64,000 bases of DNA from positions 10,942-74,941 of the forward strand of contig JBBRSB010000017.1 of assembly GCA_038245785.1 (NCBI GenBank), in the 5' to 3' direction. The notes below the pieces were generated by a model. The model was not told the origin of the DNA. It did no database searches and worked only from the letters and a program-made list of their open reading frames with translations. Positions 9,471 to 16,751 of the stretch are shown here, piece by piece (the first letter of the stretch is position 1; each line of letters opens with the position of its first letter). This stretch comes from Gloeobacterales cyanobacterium. GTDB lineage: Bacteria; Cyanobacteriota; Cyanobacteriia; Gloeobacterales; PMM-0068. The position numbers and the translations under genes were made by a program.

Positions 9471-10415
9471 ATGAAACATCAGCTTATTTTCATTCATGGA
9501 ATAGGGAATGGAGAATCTACAGAAGAGTATGAATCTCTTTTTCAAGGGATTTCGTGCGCCTATCAGCAAGAGACAGGTATCTCAAAGAAAGAATTTGGTC
9601 AATTATTCGAACCTGTCTTCGTCAACTGGCAAAAAGTCACCTATGACGCGGAACGACATGTATTCATAAATTCTTTTCCCGATTTAGCGGTTGGCGGAGG
9701 AATCCTTGGCAATGCCAGTGATTGGAATCCCATGGTTGTGCGTGAAGTTCGTGCATTGCGATATTTTATGACCTTCTTCCTAGGAGATATCATTGCCTAC
9801 ACTTCTCCAAAAGATAATGGCATTCGACAGGCTGTCTGGAATGATATGAGCACTCCCCTACAAACTAGAGATATTCCTTTCAGCATTATTGCTCATTCAC
9901 TAGGATCGGTTGTAGCCTTTGATTTTTTAACAACTCTCCTCAATCCTGACAATCAGGGCCGTGAGGCTATCTTTGTGACCAAAGGAGAAAGCCCTCGTAT
10001 CAATATCAGCCAGGAGAAAGTCAATCAAATTAAAAGAAACTTTCGTCATCTTTTTACCATGGGTGCACCGATTAATCTCTTTTTCCTAAAAAGCCTTCAA
10101 CAGGGTAATCTTGCATCTATCAAAAACCCTATCAGTGCGGATAAAAATCAGCAGTGGATTAATTTCTATGACTATCAAGATGTGGTAGCTTTTCCATTGA
10201 AACAGTTATTCTCTGCTGCGGATAATGACATCAGTTCTATTGAAGAAGTGGTGGTGCAGACAGGTTCCATGGTCATAGATTCTCACACCACCTACTGGCA
10301 AAACAAAACTGTAGCTAAGAAAATCGCCCAAACACTTAAAGATTCTGTGAGTACAGCACTATTACAGAAAGATCTGTCTGCGAGTAGTAGACCAACCTCA
10401 GTAGGCTGCTACTAA
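9471..10415 (+). CDS. alpha/beta-hydrolase fold serine esterase/lipase-like protein
   Basis: N-terminal LIFIHGIG. Nucleophile elbow IIAHSLGSVVAF (GxSxG type). Candidate acid YDYQDVVAF and histidine IDSHTTYW. Confidence 0.7.
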   Translation: MKHQLIFIHGIGNGESTEEYESLFQGISCAYQQETGISKKEFGQLFEPVFVNWQKVTYDAERHVFINSFPDLAVGGGILGNASDWNPMVVREVRALRYFMTFFLGDIIAYTSPKDNGIRQAVWNDMSTPLQTRDIPFSIIAHSLGSVVAFDFLTTLLNPDNQGREAIFVTKGESPRINISQEKVNQIKRNFRHLFTMGAPINLFFLKSLQQGNLASIKNPISADKNQQWINFYDYQDVVAFPLKQLFSAADNDISSIEEVVVQTGSMVIDSHTTYWQNKTVAKKIAQTLKDSVSTALLQKDLSASSRPTSVGCY

Positions 10416-10429
10416 AACCATGCTGACTA
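10364..10429 (+). repeat. 66-nt direct repeat, copy 2 (encodes the C-terminal 16 aa and stop of the hydrolase)
   Basis: Pairs with 9085-9150. Reads QKDLSASSRPTSVGCY-stop. Confidence 0.85.
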
Positions 10430-10515
10430 ACAGAAGATTGAGAGAGAAATAAACTAGATTCAATCGCTACTCTTTTGCGACGCGATGGGGAACGACAATG
10501 TAGCCTTCTTCGCTG

Positions 10516-11193
10516 TTACCCAAGACCTAGATTACGGGCCACGCCCCAATACCACCAGTAAGCGCCGATATAGGCACAAAGAATGCCATCTAACTGGTCT
10601 TCTAGGGCTTTCATCTGAACACCCTTTATCGGAATAGGGGGTAAGGCTGGTAACGACAGCCTAGGCGTGTGGAGGGTTAGTTCTTCTAAAATCAGGCTGC
10701 GGTAGCGCTCTAGTTCTAGCCGTCGCTCAGCCAAGGAGCCTTTTTTATACTTGAGAATTCGCGATAAATCGAAGAGATGAACCATGGCTGGATGGGGGAA
10801 GCATTCTATCTGATAACGTCCTGGGCGCAAGGGCTCTATGGCATCTGCATGTTTAAATTTCCGCGCTTCTAAGGCTTTACCTAAGGCTACAGTCCGTTTG
10901 GCAAAAGGTCTTTGCAAATTGGCCGGATAGCAGCCTGCATGATATTTTCCAAAATAACGATGGGTCAACTTATCGGGCAACCGCATCCCGGTTTCATTGG
11001 GAATAATCGTTGGCGCATCCACAGCCACCAGAGCAGGACCATCTCCCGTCACCCGGTCCACCCAAGCCAAAATGTCATCAAACGGTTGGTGACAAACCAT
11101 TTCTAAAAGCGTCAATTGCTCCCCATCCCATTCCAGTGCGGCTAATCCACTCGGTCCTGTACTCCAGCCAAAGTCAATGCCTAAAAACTTCAA
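10516..11193 (-). CDS. DUF429 domain protein (predicted RNase H-like nuclease)
   Basis: N-terminal MKFLGIDFGWS...ALVAVDAPTIIPN and C-terminal DQLDGILCAYIGAYWW resemble the DUF429 family. Confidence 0.7.
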   Translation of the reverse strand: MKFLGIDFGWSTGPSGLAALEWDGEQLTLLEMVCHQPFDDILAWVDRVTGDGPALVAVDAPTIIPNETGMRLPDKLTHRYFGKYHAGCYPANLQRPFAKRTVALGKALEARKFKHADAIEPLRPGRYQIECFPHPAMVHLFDLSRILKYKKGSLAERRLELERYRSLILEELTLHTPRLSLPALPPIPIKGVQMKALEDQLDGILCAYIGAYWWYWGVARNLGLG

Positions 11194-11270
11194 TCAAGCA
11201 TCTCCAAGATATTGCCCCACTGGTTCAATTCTGCCGTAGGCAGGAGGATAGAGACCGCTTACAAGTGAGC

Positions 11271-11321
11271 ATAACCCCCGGCTATCGCCCTCCCCCTTAA
11301 GGGGGACTATAGGGAGTCTTC
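11271..11321. repeat. G5/C5 palindromic dispersed repeat, short copy
   Basis: ATAACCCCCGGCTATCGCCCTCCCCC-TTAA-GGGGGACTATAGGGAGTCTTC. The arms match the reverse complement of 35755-35831 with few mismatches. Confidence 0.8.
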
Positions 11322-11401
11322 TAATTCCACCTAGCTATTTAGCCCCATTATGCAAATCTCGGATAGCGTGGAGTGCTGCAGAAAAAGGACCTCACTGTCT
11401 A

Positions 11402-12229
11402 ATGCCTGAAGGACCTGAGATTAAGTTGGCGGCGGATAAAATTGCCAAAGTGCTTGTGGCGCAACCGATTGCCGAAGTCTTTTTTGCCTTCGAGCAGCTT
11501 AAACCCTTTGAGCCTATGCTGTCTGCGGAAAAGGTCGTTGCCGTCACCCCAAGAGGCAAAGCGCTCCTGATTCGCTTCAGCAATCAACGGAGTATATACA
11601 CCCATAATCAGCTCTACGGAGTCTGGTATACCCGTCCGGTCTATGACTATCCATCCACCAAACGACAACTGCGTTTAGCAATCCACACAGCCAAAAAATC
11701 GGCGCTCCTCTATAGCGCTTCGGACATCCTGGTGCTCACGGATGAGGAAATCGCGGCCCATCCGTTCTTACAAAAACTAGGGCCAGATGTTTTGGAAGAA
11801 TCCACAACCGTTGAACATGGCCGCGACCGCCTCCTCGACAGACGATTCTACCGTCGCAGTTTTCCGACCTTGCTCCTGGACCAACAGTTCCTCTGTGGTT
11901 TAGGTAACTATTTGCGTAGTGAAGTTCTGTTCGTAGCAGGCATTCACCCGACGCTGCGTCCAATGGACTGCACCACAGAACAGATCCAGAGATTAGCAGA
12001 AGCGGTGATTGCACTCCCTCGGCAATCCTATGCCACTAGAGGGATTACCAATGATTTAGCCATCGCAAATGCGCTGAAAGCAGCGGGTAAACCGCGCTAT
12101 GTCTATCGCCATTGGGTATTCGGTCGTCAAAATCAGCCGTGCTACGTGTGCACCACTCCCATTGTTAAAGAGTCTGCCGGAGGTCGCCGCGTCTATTATT
12201 GCCCTCGCTGCCAACCTCCACGACGATAA
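11402..12229 (+). CDS. nei: endonuclease VIII (Nei) DNA glycosylase/AP lyase
   Basis: MPEGPEI N-terminus. Long collinear similarity to E. coli Nei (FAFEQLKP, RGKALL, HNQLYGVW, LLYSASDI, HPFLQ.GPDVL, LLLDQ.FL.GLGNYLR.E). C-terminal zinc finger CYVC...CPRC. Confidence 0.93.
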   Translation: MPEGPEIKLAADKIAKVLVAQPIAEVFFAFEQLKPFEPMLSAEKVVAVTPRGKALLIRFSNQRSIYTHNQLYGVWYTRPVYDYPSTKRQLRLAIHTAKKSALLYSASDILVLTDEEIAAHPFLQKLGPDVLEESTTVEHGRDRLLDRRFYRRSFPTLLLDQQFLCGLGNYLRSEVLFVAGIHPTLRPMDCTTEQIQRLAEAVIALPRQSYATRGITNDLAIANALKAAGKPRYVYRHWVFGRQNQPCYVCTTPIVKESAGGRRVYYCPRCQPPRR

Positions 12230-12253
12230 AAAAAACTTCAAGGCCGTCTCAAC

Positions 12254-12490
12254 TTGAGACGCGCTAGACTGGCAAACATGGGAGACAGTAAACGCAGAAA
12301 AGAACAACTTGGGGAAAAGTACGGGACGACGGGGAAGGACTACATCCTGCCTAATGTACCTATCACCAAAGCTCAAGCCCAAGCCGCTTACGACTTTACG
12401 AGTAAAGGGGCCTGGATTGGTATTGGGCTATTGGCCGCCATCTGGATCCTTGCCCGTATTGGGATTTCCATGGGCTGGTGGGGGCATTAA
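12254..12490 (+). CDS. small conserved cyanobacterial membrane protein (DUF2839-like)
   Basis: MGDSKRRKEQLGEKYG N-terminus (likely start ATG 12278) and a C-terminal TM (AWIGIGLLAAIWILARIG). Confidence 0.5.
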   Translation: MRRARLANMGDSKRRKEQLGEKYGTTGKDYILPNVPITKAQAQAAYDFTSKGAWIGIGLLAAIWILARIGISMGWWGH

Positions 12491-12493
12491 GAC

Positions 12494-13324
12494 CTAAGGC
12501 GTATTGCTGACGTCTGCAATGCGGCTTGATACTTTTCCATGCACTGTAACCCTGCGGTCCTTCAACCAGGCGGTGCCCGAAGTCCCTTGTACCTGAAGGT
12601 CAGCCGATTGGTACTGCACACCTTCTGAAGCAACTATTTCATCCTTACCCATATTCCAGGAAGCTTGCCCAGCCTGAACACTGACCACATCTGGTTTTGC
12701 TTGGTTATAGTTAACCTTGCCGACAGTCTTGAGTATCTTTTCAGGAACTTGCCATATAGCCTTATCGGTCAGAAGTTTGGATTGCCTCGGTTTAGAGGTA
12801 GCCGTGACGCCGCCATCTAGGGTCACAGCTTTGATGGCAATGTCGCCGATCATCCTTTTCCCCTTTACTTCTACCTGTTGCTTAGGGTCAAAAAGAACAA
12901 CCGATCCTTCCGCTGTGACTATCTTCTTCTCCGGCGTCCAAAGCATCTGCTCTGCATTCAAGGTTGTACCCCGCTCCAAAGCCAAGCCCTTGACCCCACC
13001 CTTCAATAGAACAGTCCGCTCATCCGTCCGAATTTCCCCTACCGGAGCCTGTACCCGCAGTACTTTTTTCCCCTCATCAAAGAATGTTCCTTCCAGGCCT
13101 GTAACCTGCGCTATCTTGCGGTCTCTGGAGTACTCTGCCCGCTTCGCCTTGATTTCCCACAGCGGCCCTTGGGTTTTGCGGTCTGATTCAGTCAAAACAA
13201 TGTTTTCATAGGTCAGATTGGCACGATTGGGGTCTGGCTTAGGGGGAGAGGGAGGAGTCGGGTTGCAAGCTGTTAACCATAGCGCTAGACCAGCACAGAC
13301 AAGACTAGGCCGCATCTGCACCAT
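12494..13324 (-). CDS. LptC/OstA-like periplasmic LPS-transport protein
   Basis: Lipoprotein-like signal (LALWLTAC). Repeated beta-jellyroll-type segments (WEIKAKRAEYSRD.KIAQVTGLEGTFFDEGK..., TVLLKGGVKG). Its start abuts the stop of the upstream TPR gene. Confidence 0.55.
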   Translation of the reverse strand: MVQMRPSLVCAGLALWLTACNPTPPSPPKPDPNRANLTYENIVLTESDRKTQGPLWEIKAKRAEYSRDRKIAQVTGLEGTFFDEGKKVLRVQAPVGEIRTDERTVLLKGGVKGLALERGTTLNAEQMLWTPEKKIVTAEGSVVLFDPKQQVEVKGKRMIGDIAIKAVTLDGGVTATSKPRQSKLLTDKAIWQVPEKILKTVGKVNYNQAKPDVVSVQAGQASWNMGKDEIVASEGVQYQSADLQVQGTSGTAWLKDRRVTVHGKVSSRIADVSNTP

Positions 13325-14239
13325 CTATTTACCCTCGGCCCGCAGTTTAAAGGCTATTTTCATCTGTTGCACAAATTCCTCGAGTTTCCCTTGATTTAGA
13401 TAAAACTGCCCTAGCGCATAGTGACTGATTGGATTTTGACTATCCAGGACCAGCGATTCTTGGATAAGCTTCTCTGCCCTTGCCATATCCCCTTGGTCAA
13501 AGCTCAAAAAAGCCAGATAGTTCTTAGCCCAAACATCTTTAGCATTTTGCTGAAGGATAGCCTCTAGCTGCTGTTGGGCCTCTTGGCGATGAGCCCGAAC
13601 TTCATCGAGCGAGCGGACAACCTGCGCATTCCCTAAATCATTGGCAAATTTTTTGTCTCCAGATTGCAGGTAGTTTTTGAAGTTATCCCACCAATCTTTG
13701 GGATAGGGAGTTCTTTGTTTTAGAGACTCCATATAGAGCGTGCGGGCCTGCTCTTTGACCTGTAGGCCTCGCGCAAAAGAAGCAATCGCCCTACGATAAC
13801 GGACTTCCAGATTTTTCGGCTCCGCTTTGATTTGTTGCGCCGTCTGGTCCAAAATCTTCAGCGTGTAGGCAGGGCTCAGTTTATCTATTTTCAGAGCAAT
13901 CGGCCAGGCTTTTTCTAAGAGGGAAGACCGACTGTAGGCCAGGAGGAGATCAAAGTTGGCCTCTACATTTTTGGGGTCTTTGGCGACGGCGGCTTCTAAT
14001 TGCTGGATGAACGGTGGGACCCGTAGTTTTGGACTGTCTGGTAAAAGCTTGGGCTGTTCTTCTAAGGTACCAATGCTGAAAAACTTAACAGGCTCTTCTG
14101 GAGAGCGCGGAGCGGAGTCAGGAGCAAGGTCATTGAATTGCGCAAGAACGGGGAAGGGCATAAGGCCTAAGCTAATGAAGAAAACCAACGCAGGGCAGGA
14201 GAAGGTCTTAACGTCAGGAAGATTCGCGGTAGGCTTCAT
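13325..14239 (-). CDS. TPR-repeat protein with signal peptide
   Basis: Signal peptide ALVFFISLGLMPFPVLA. TPR-like repeats (AKNYLAFLSFDQGDMARAEKLIQESLVLDSQN, HYALGQFYLNQGKLEEF). Confidence 0.8.
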   Translation of the reverse strand: MKPTANLPDVKTFSCPALVFFISLGLMPFPVLAQFNDLAPDSAPRSPEEPVKFFSIGTLEEQPKLLPDSPKLRVPPFIQQLEAAVAKDPKNVEANFDLLLAYSRSSLLEKAWPIALKIDKLSPAYTLKILDQTAQQIKAEPKNLEVRYRRAIASFARGLQVKEQARTLYMESLKQRTPYPKDWWDNFKNYLQSGDKKFANDLGNAQVVRSLDEVRAHRQEAQQQLEAILQQNAKDVWAKNYLAFLSFDQGDMARAEKLIQESLVLDSQNPISHYALGQFYLNQGKLEEFVQQMKIAFKLRAEGK

Positions 14240-15125
14240 AAACTCCTCGGACGTTATACCAATTCAAAAAGATCCGGGCAATTTCTAGAGCGAGTTGAGA
14301 ACGTCCCCGGTCAATTAAGTATTGCAGGAGCGGAGCCATTGTTTTTTCGTTTAAGGTGCCCCCCAAAGACAGCAGGCCCCACAAAACTTGATGCAGCGGT
14401 GTCATCTGAATCATCATCCGCACATCCCAGGTCGGATGCTTTTTGTAGAAGATAACGCCCATTTTGCCGCGTTCAAATTCTTTGCGGATCAATGAAGGCA
14501 GTTGGTCCATGCTGAAGGCGGGATGCCAATGGTAACCGATGGCCTGAGGGCACTGGATAATTTTCAGCCCTAGGTTTTTGAGGCGTACGCCCAATTCCAA
14601 ATCTTCCCAGCCATACAGGGAGAAAGCTTCATCAAAGGGGCCTGCCTGTATCAGCCAGTCTTTCGCAATCGCCACGTTCCCGGTCGCAAAGTAGGCCCTA
14701 GACATATCCGTAATTTTGTAGGGTTCACTGGTGGGGTTTTCAAAGTTTGCGGTATTGACTACCCGACCATAAGTAAATACTTTCTCTCCTGGATGCTGAT
14801 TGAGGATTTCAACATGGGAGCGTAGAAAAATTTCTGTGACGACCAAGTCCGAGTCAATAAAGATAACCGTATCGCCCTGAGCCTTCTCTATGCCCAGATT
14901 ACGGGCTGCCGCCGGACCTTTGTGGTCTTGAAGATAAAGCTTGGCATGGGGGAAACGATTGGCAGACTCTTTCAAGAACTCGACAGTGCCATCGGTAGAG
15001 CCATCGTCTACGACTACGACTTCATAGTCTCCTTGCCAGTCCTGCTTTTCGAGGGCGTCCAGGCATTGGATAAGAATCGGTTTGCGGTTATACGTTGGGA
15101 TAACAACACTAATTTTGGCGACCAT
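14214..15125 (-). CDS. family 2 glycosyltransferase
   Basis: ISVVIPTYNR, VVVDDGSTDGT and IFIDSDL (DxD) motifs. It overlaps the TPR gene start by 26 nt. Confidence 0.9.
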   Translation of the reverse strand: MVAKISVVIPTYNRKPILIQCLDALEKQDWQGDYEVVVVDDGSTDGTVEFLKESANRFPHAKLYLQDHKGPAAARNLGIEKAQGDTVIFIDSDLVVTEIFLRSHVEILNQHPGEKVFTYGRVVNTANFENPTSEPYKITDMSRAYFATGNVAIAKDWLIQAGPFDEAFSLYGWEDLELGVRLKNLGLKIIQCPQAIGYHWHPAFSMDQLPSLIRKEFERGKMGVIFYKKHPTWDVRMMIQMTPLHQVLWGLLSLGGTLNEKTMAPLLQYLIDRGRSQLALEIARIFLNWYNVRGVYEAYRESS

Positions 15126-15222
15126 AGGGCATTAAAGGGCACTGCACGTATCTTAACTCCCTGTGAGAACATCCTGATTCCGGGGTAGCCTCTGAGAATA
15201 AACATCCTGTTCGCGTAAAGAA

Positions 15223-15579
15223 ATGAAGACCTCTGCAAACACCGATTTATTCATTCGTGAAACCACCCGTTCGGTAATGACTTGGATCGGCTTGGAGATC
15301 ATGCTGGCCATCGTCCGCTATGCGCCGCACATCTCAGAGGCTGGGGCCAAAATGACCTACGACTATCTTCCTCTGGATGCTGTTTTGGGCATCGGTGGTG
15401 CTTTGTCTATCGGGATATCTGGTCTTTTCTTCCGCAATATCGAAAGTGAGGTCACCACCGGCAACTTTGAGCGGGCGAACTCGAAGAAGGGTGTAGGAGC
15501 CGTTCTATGGGCTCTGGGACTGATTGGGGTTTTGGTGCCTGTGGGCAGAGCCGTGCTAAGCATCACCAATTTCAATTAA
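15223..15579 (+). CDS. hypothetical membrane protein
   Basis: ORF with three hydrophobic segments. No recognised family. Confidence 0.45.
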   Translation: MKTSANTDLFIRETTRSVMTWIGLEIMLAIVRYAPHISEAGAKMTYDYLPLDAVLGIGGALSIGISGLFFRNIESEVTTGNFERANSKKGVGAVLWALGLIGVLVPVGRAVLSITNFN

Positions 15580-15693
15580 TTTCATATTATTGTCATATTA
15601 ACTCCACCAAATCTTCCAAATCCTTTCGCAATTGCTTTAAAATATAGGTAGTTAAAAGGGTTAAAACTTAGTAGGAAGAAACACAAATACCCT

Positions 15694-15945
15694 TTGGGGA
15701 GTGAAGTCGTGATTACACAATCCAAGCAGTACGCAACCAAGCTTTTTGCAACAGAATTCGGTCAAGTTTTCTACGCATACCAGGGCTTGATCAATGCTTG
15801 CGGTCCAGAGTGCCATTCCTGGCATGTGGTGCTGGAAACGCTTGATGGTAAGCTCGTTCGCACCAATCAGGCCATTCCTGTAGTAGCAGACCGGGAGCCC
15901 ACCTTTAAAGATGCCTGTGCTCTTGCTGAAATGCTGGCCGCTTAG
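15694..15945 (+). CDS. hypothetical small protein
   Basis: The translation looks protein-like compared with the Cys/Trp-rich antisense ORF. A possible GTG start at 15707 follows GGGGAG. Confidence 0.4.
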   Translation: MGSEVVITQSKQYATKLFATEFGQVFYAYQGLINACGPECHSWHVVLETLDGKLVRTNQAIPVVADREPTFKDACALAEMLAA

Positions 15946-16241
15946 TGTTCTCCAACAAAATCTAAGCAATCGATAGCCGCTTCTGTCAAAGCTGCCCGTG
16001 GATTCACAGGGCATTTTAGGTGATATTCGCCCGTGAAGTAGCGGCAGCGCGAACAAGGAATTTCGTGAAGCGTTTTAATGTCTTGGACGCCCTTACCCGC
16101 CCAAGCCAAGAAATCCACAATAATCATCACCGTTACGGTACTAATGGTGATGAAGGTAAAAAAGGCGTAAAGAGTCATTCTATATAGCTGTCCCACTCTG
16201 TCACAGAATAACAGAGTATGTATTCTGCCTAAATACGGCAA
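15942..16241 (-). CDS. small membrane protein with Cys-rich C-terminus
   Basis: TM FFTFITISTVTVMIIVDFLAW followed by CSRCRYFTGEYHLKCPVNP. The likely start is the internal Met at about 16178. Confidence 0.5.
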   Translation of the reverse strand: MPYLGRIHTLLFCDRVGQLYRMTLYAFFTFITISTVTVMIIVDFLAWAGKGVQDIKTLHEIPCSRCRYFTGEYHLKCPVNPRAALTEAAIDCLDFVGEH

Positions 16242-16349
16242 AATGTAACTTTACATATGTAGGATTGGTTGTCGCTCATCACTACTTTAAAGTTTTTAAG
16301 CCATGGCTGCTTATATCACAAGGTATAGATTAGCTCAGGCATTGGACAG

Positions 16350-16649
16350 TTATTTAATCAGCTCAACCGTTAAACGGAATCCAAGAGCATCTAGAATTGC
16401 ATTCAGACTTTTTAGCTCAGGGTTTCCCTTATCAGAGAGCATTCGATATAGATTTTCTCGATTTAGCTTTGTTACTTCTGCCAACTGTTTTATGCTACTG
16501 GATCTTGCTTGAGCAACATCTCGCAGAGCAAGTAAAAAGACTTCAAGGTCTTTATCTTCCAAAGTAGCATTTAGGTATTCTTGAGCCTCTAGTGGGTCTT
16601 CCAATGCTTTGATCAAATCTTCCTGATAGCCCTTGCTTCTAGTCATCAC
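16350..16649 (-). CDS. HigA-family addiction-module antidote protein
   Basis: EAQEYLNATLEDKD..VFLLALRDVAQARS..QLAEVTKLNRENLYRMLSDKGNPELKSLNAILDALGFRL matches the TIGR02684-type antidote architecture. Confidence 0.85.
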   Translation of the reverse strand: MMTRSKGYQEDLIKALEDPLEAQEYLNATLEDKDLEVFLLALRDVAQARSSSIKQLAEVTKLNRENLYRMLSDKGNPELKSLNAILDALGFRLTVELIK

Positions 16650-16737
16650 TTCTACTCCTGTAGTCCATCCAGTATTTCCTTGCTTTTTCTATGTCGCGAT
16701 TAACTAATACATCATCCAACGTGAATAATTTTATTAA
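16639..16737 (-). pseudogene. C-terminal relic of the cognate RelE/ParE-like killer gene
   Basis: A 32-codon open frame, LIKLFTLDDVLVNRDIEKARKYWMDYRSRSDD-stop, with no start codon. The stop overlaps the antidote start in the usual TA fashion. The DIEKA.K tail resembles killer-protein C-termini. An in-frame TAG lies immediately upstream. Confidence 0.45.
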
Positions 16738-16751
16738 CTACGTCAAACTGT

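Noticed and set aside
12717-13211. 164-aa plus-strand ORF
   Set aside because: It lies entirely antisense within the LptC-like gene. The Ser/Pro/Cys/Arg-rich translation is typical of a shadow frame.
15661-16056. 131-aa minus-strand ORF
   Set aside because: It overlaps two better candidates (15694-15945 plus and 15942-16241 minus), and its translation is Cys/Trp/Arg-rich.
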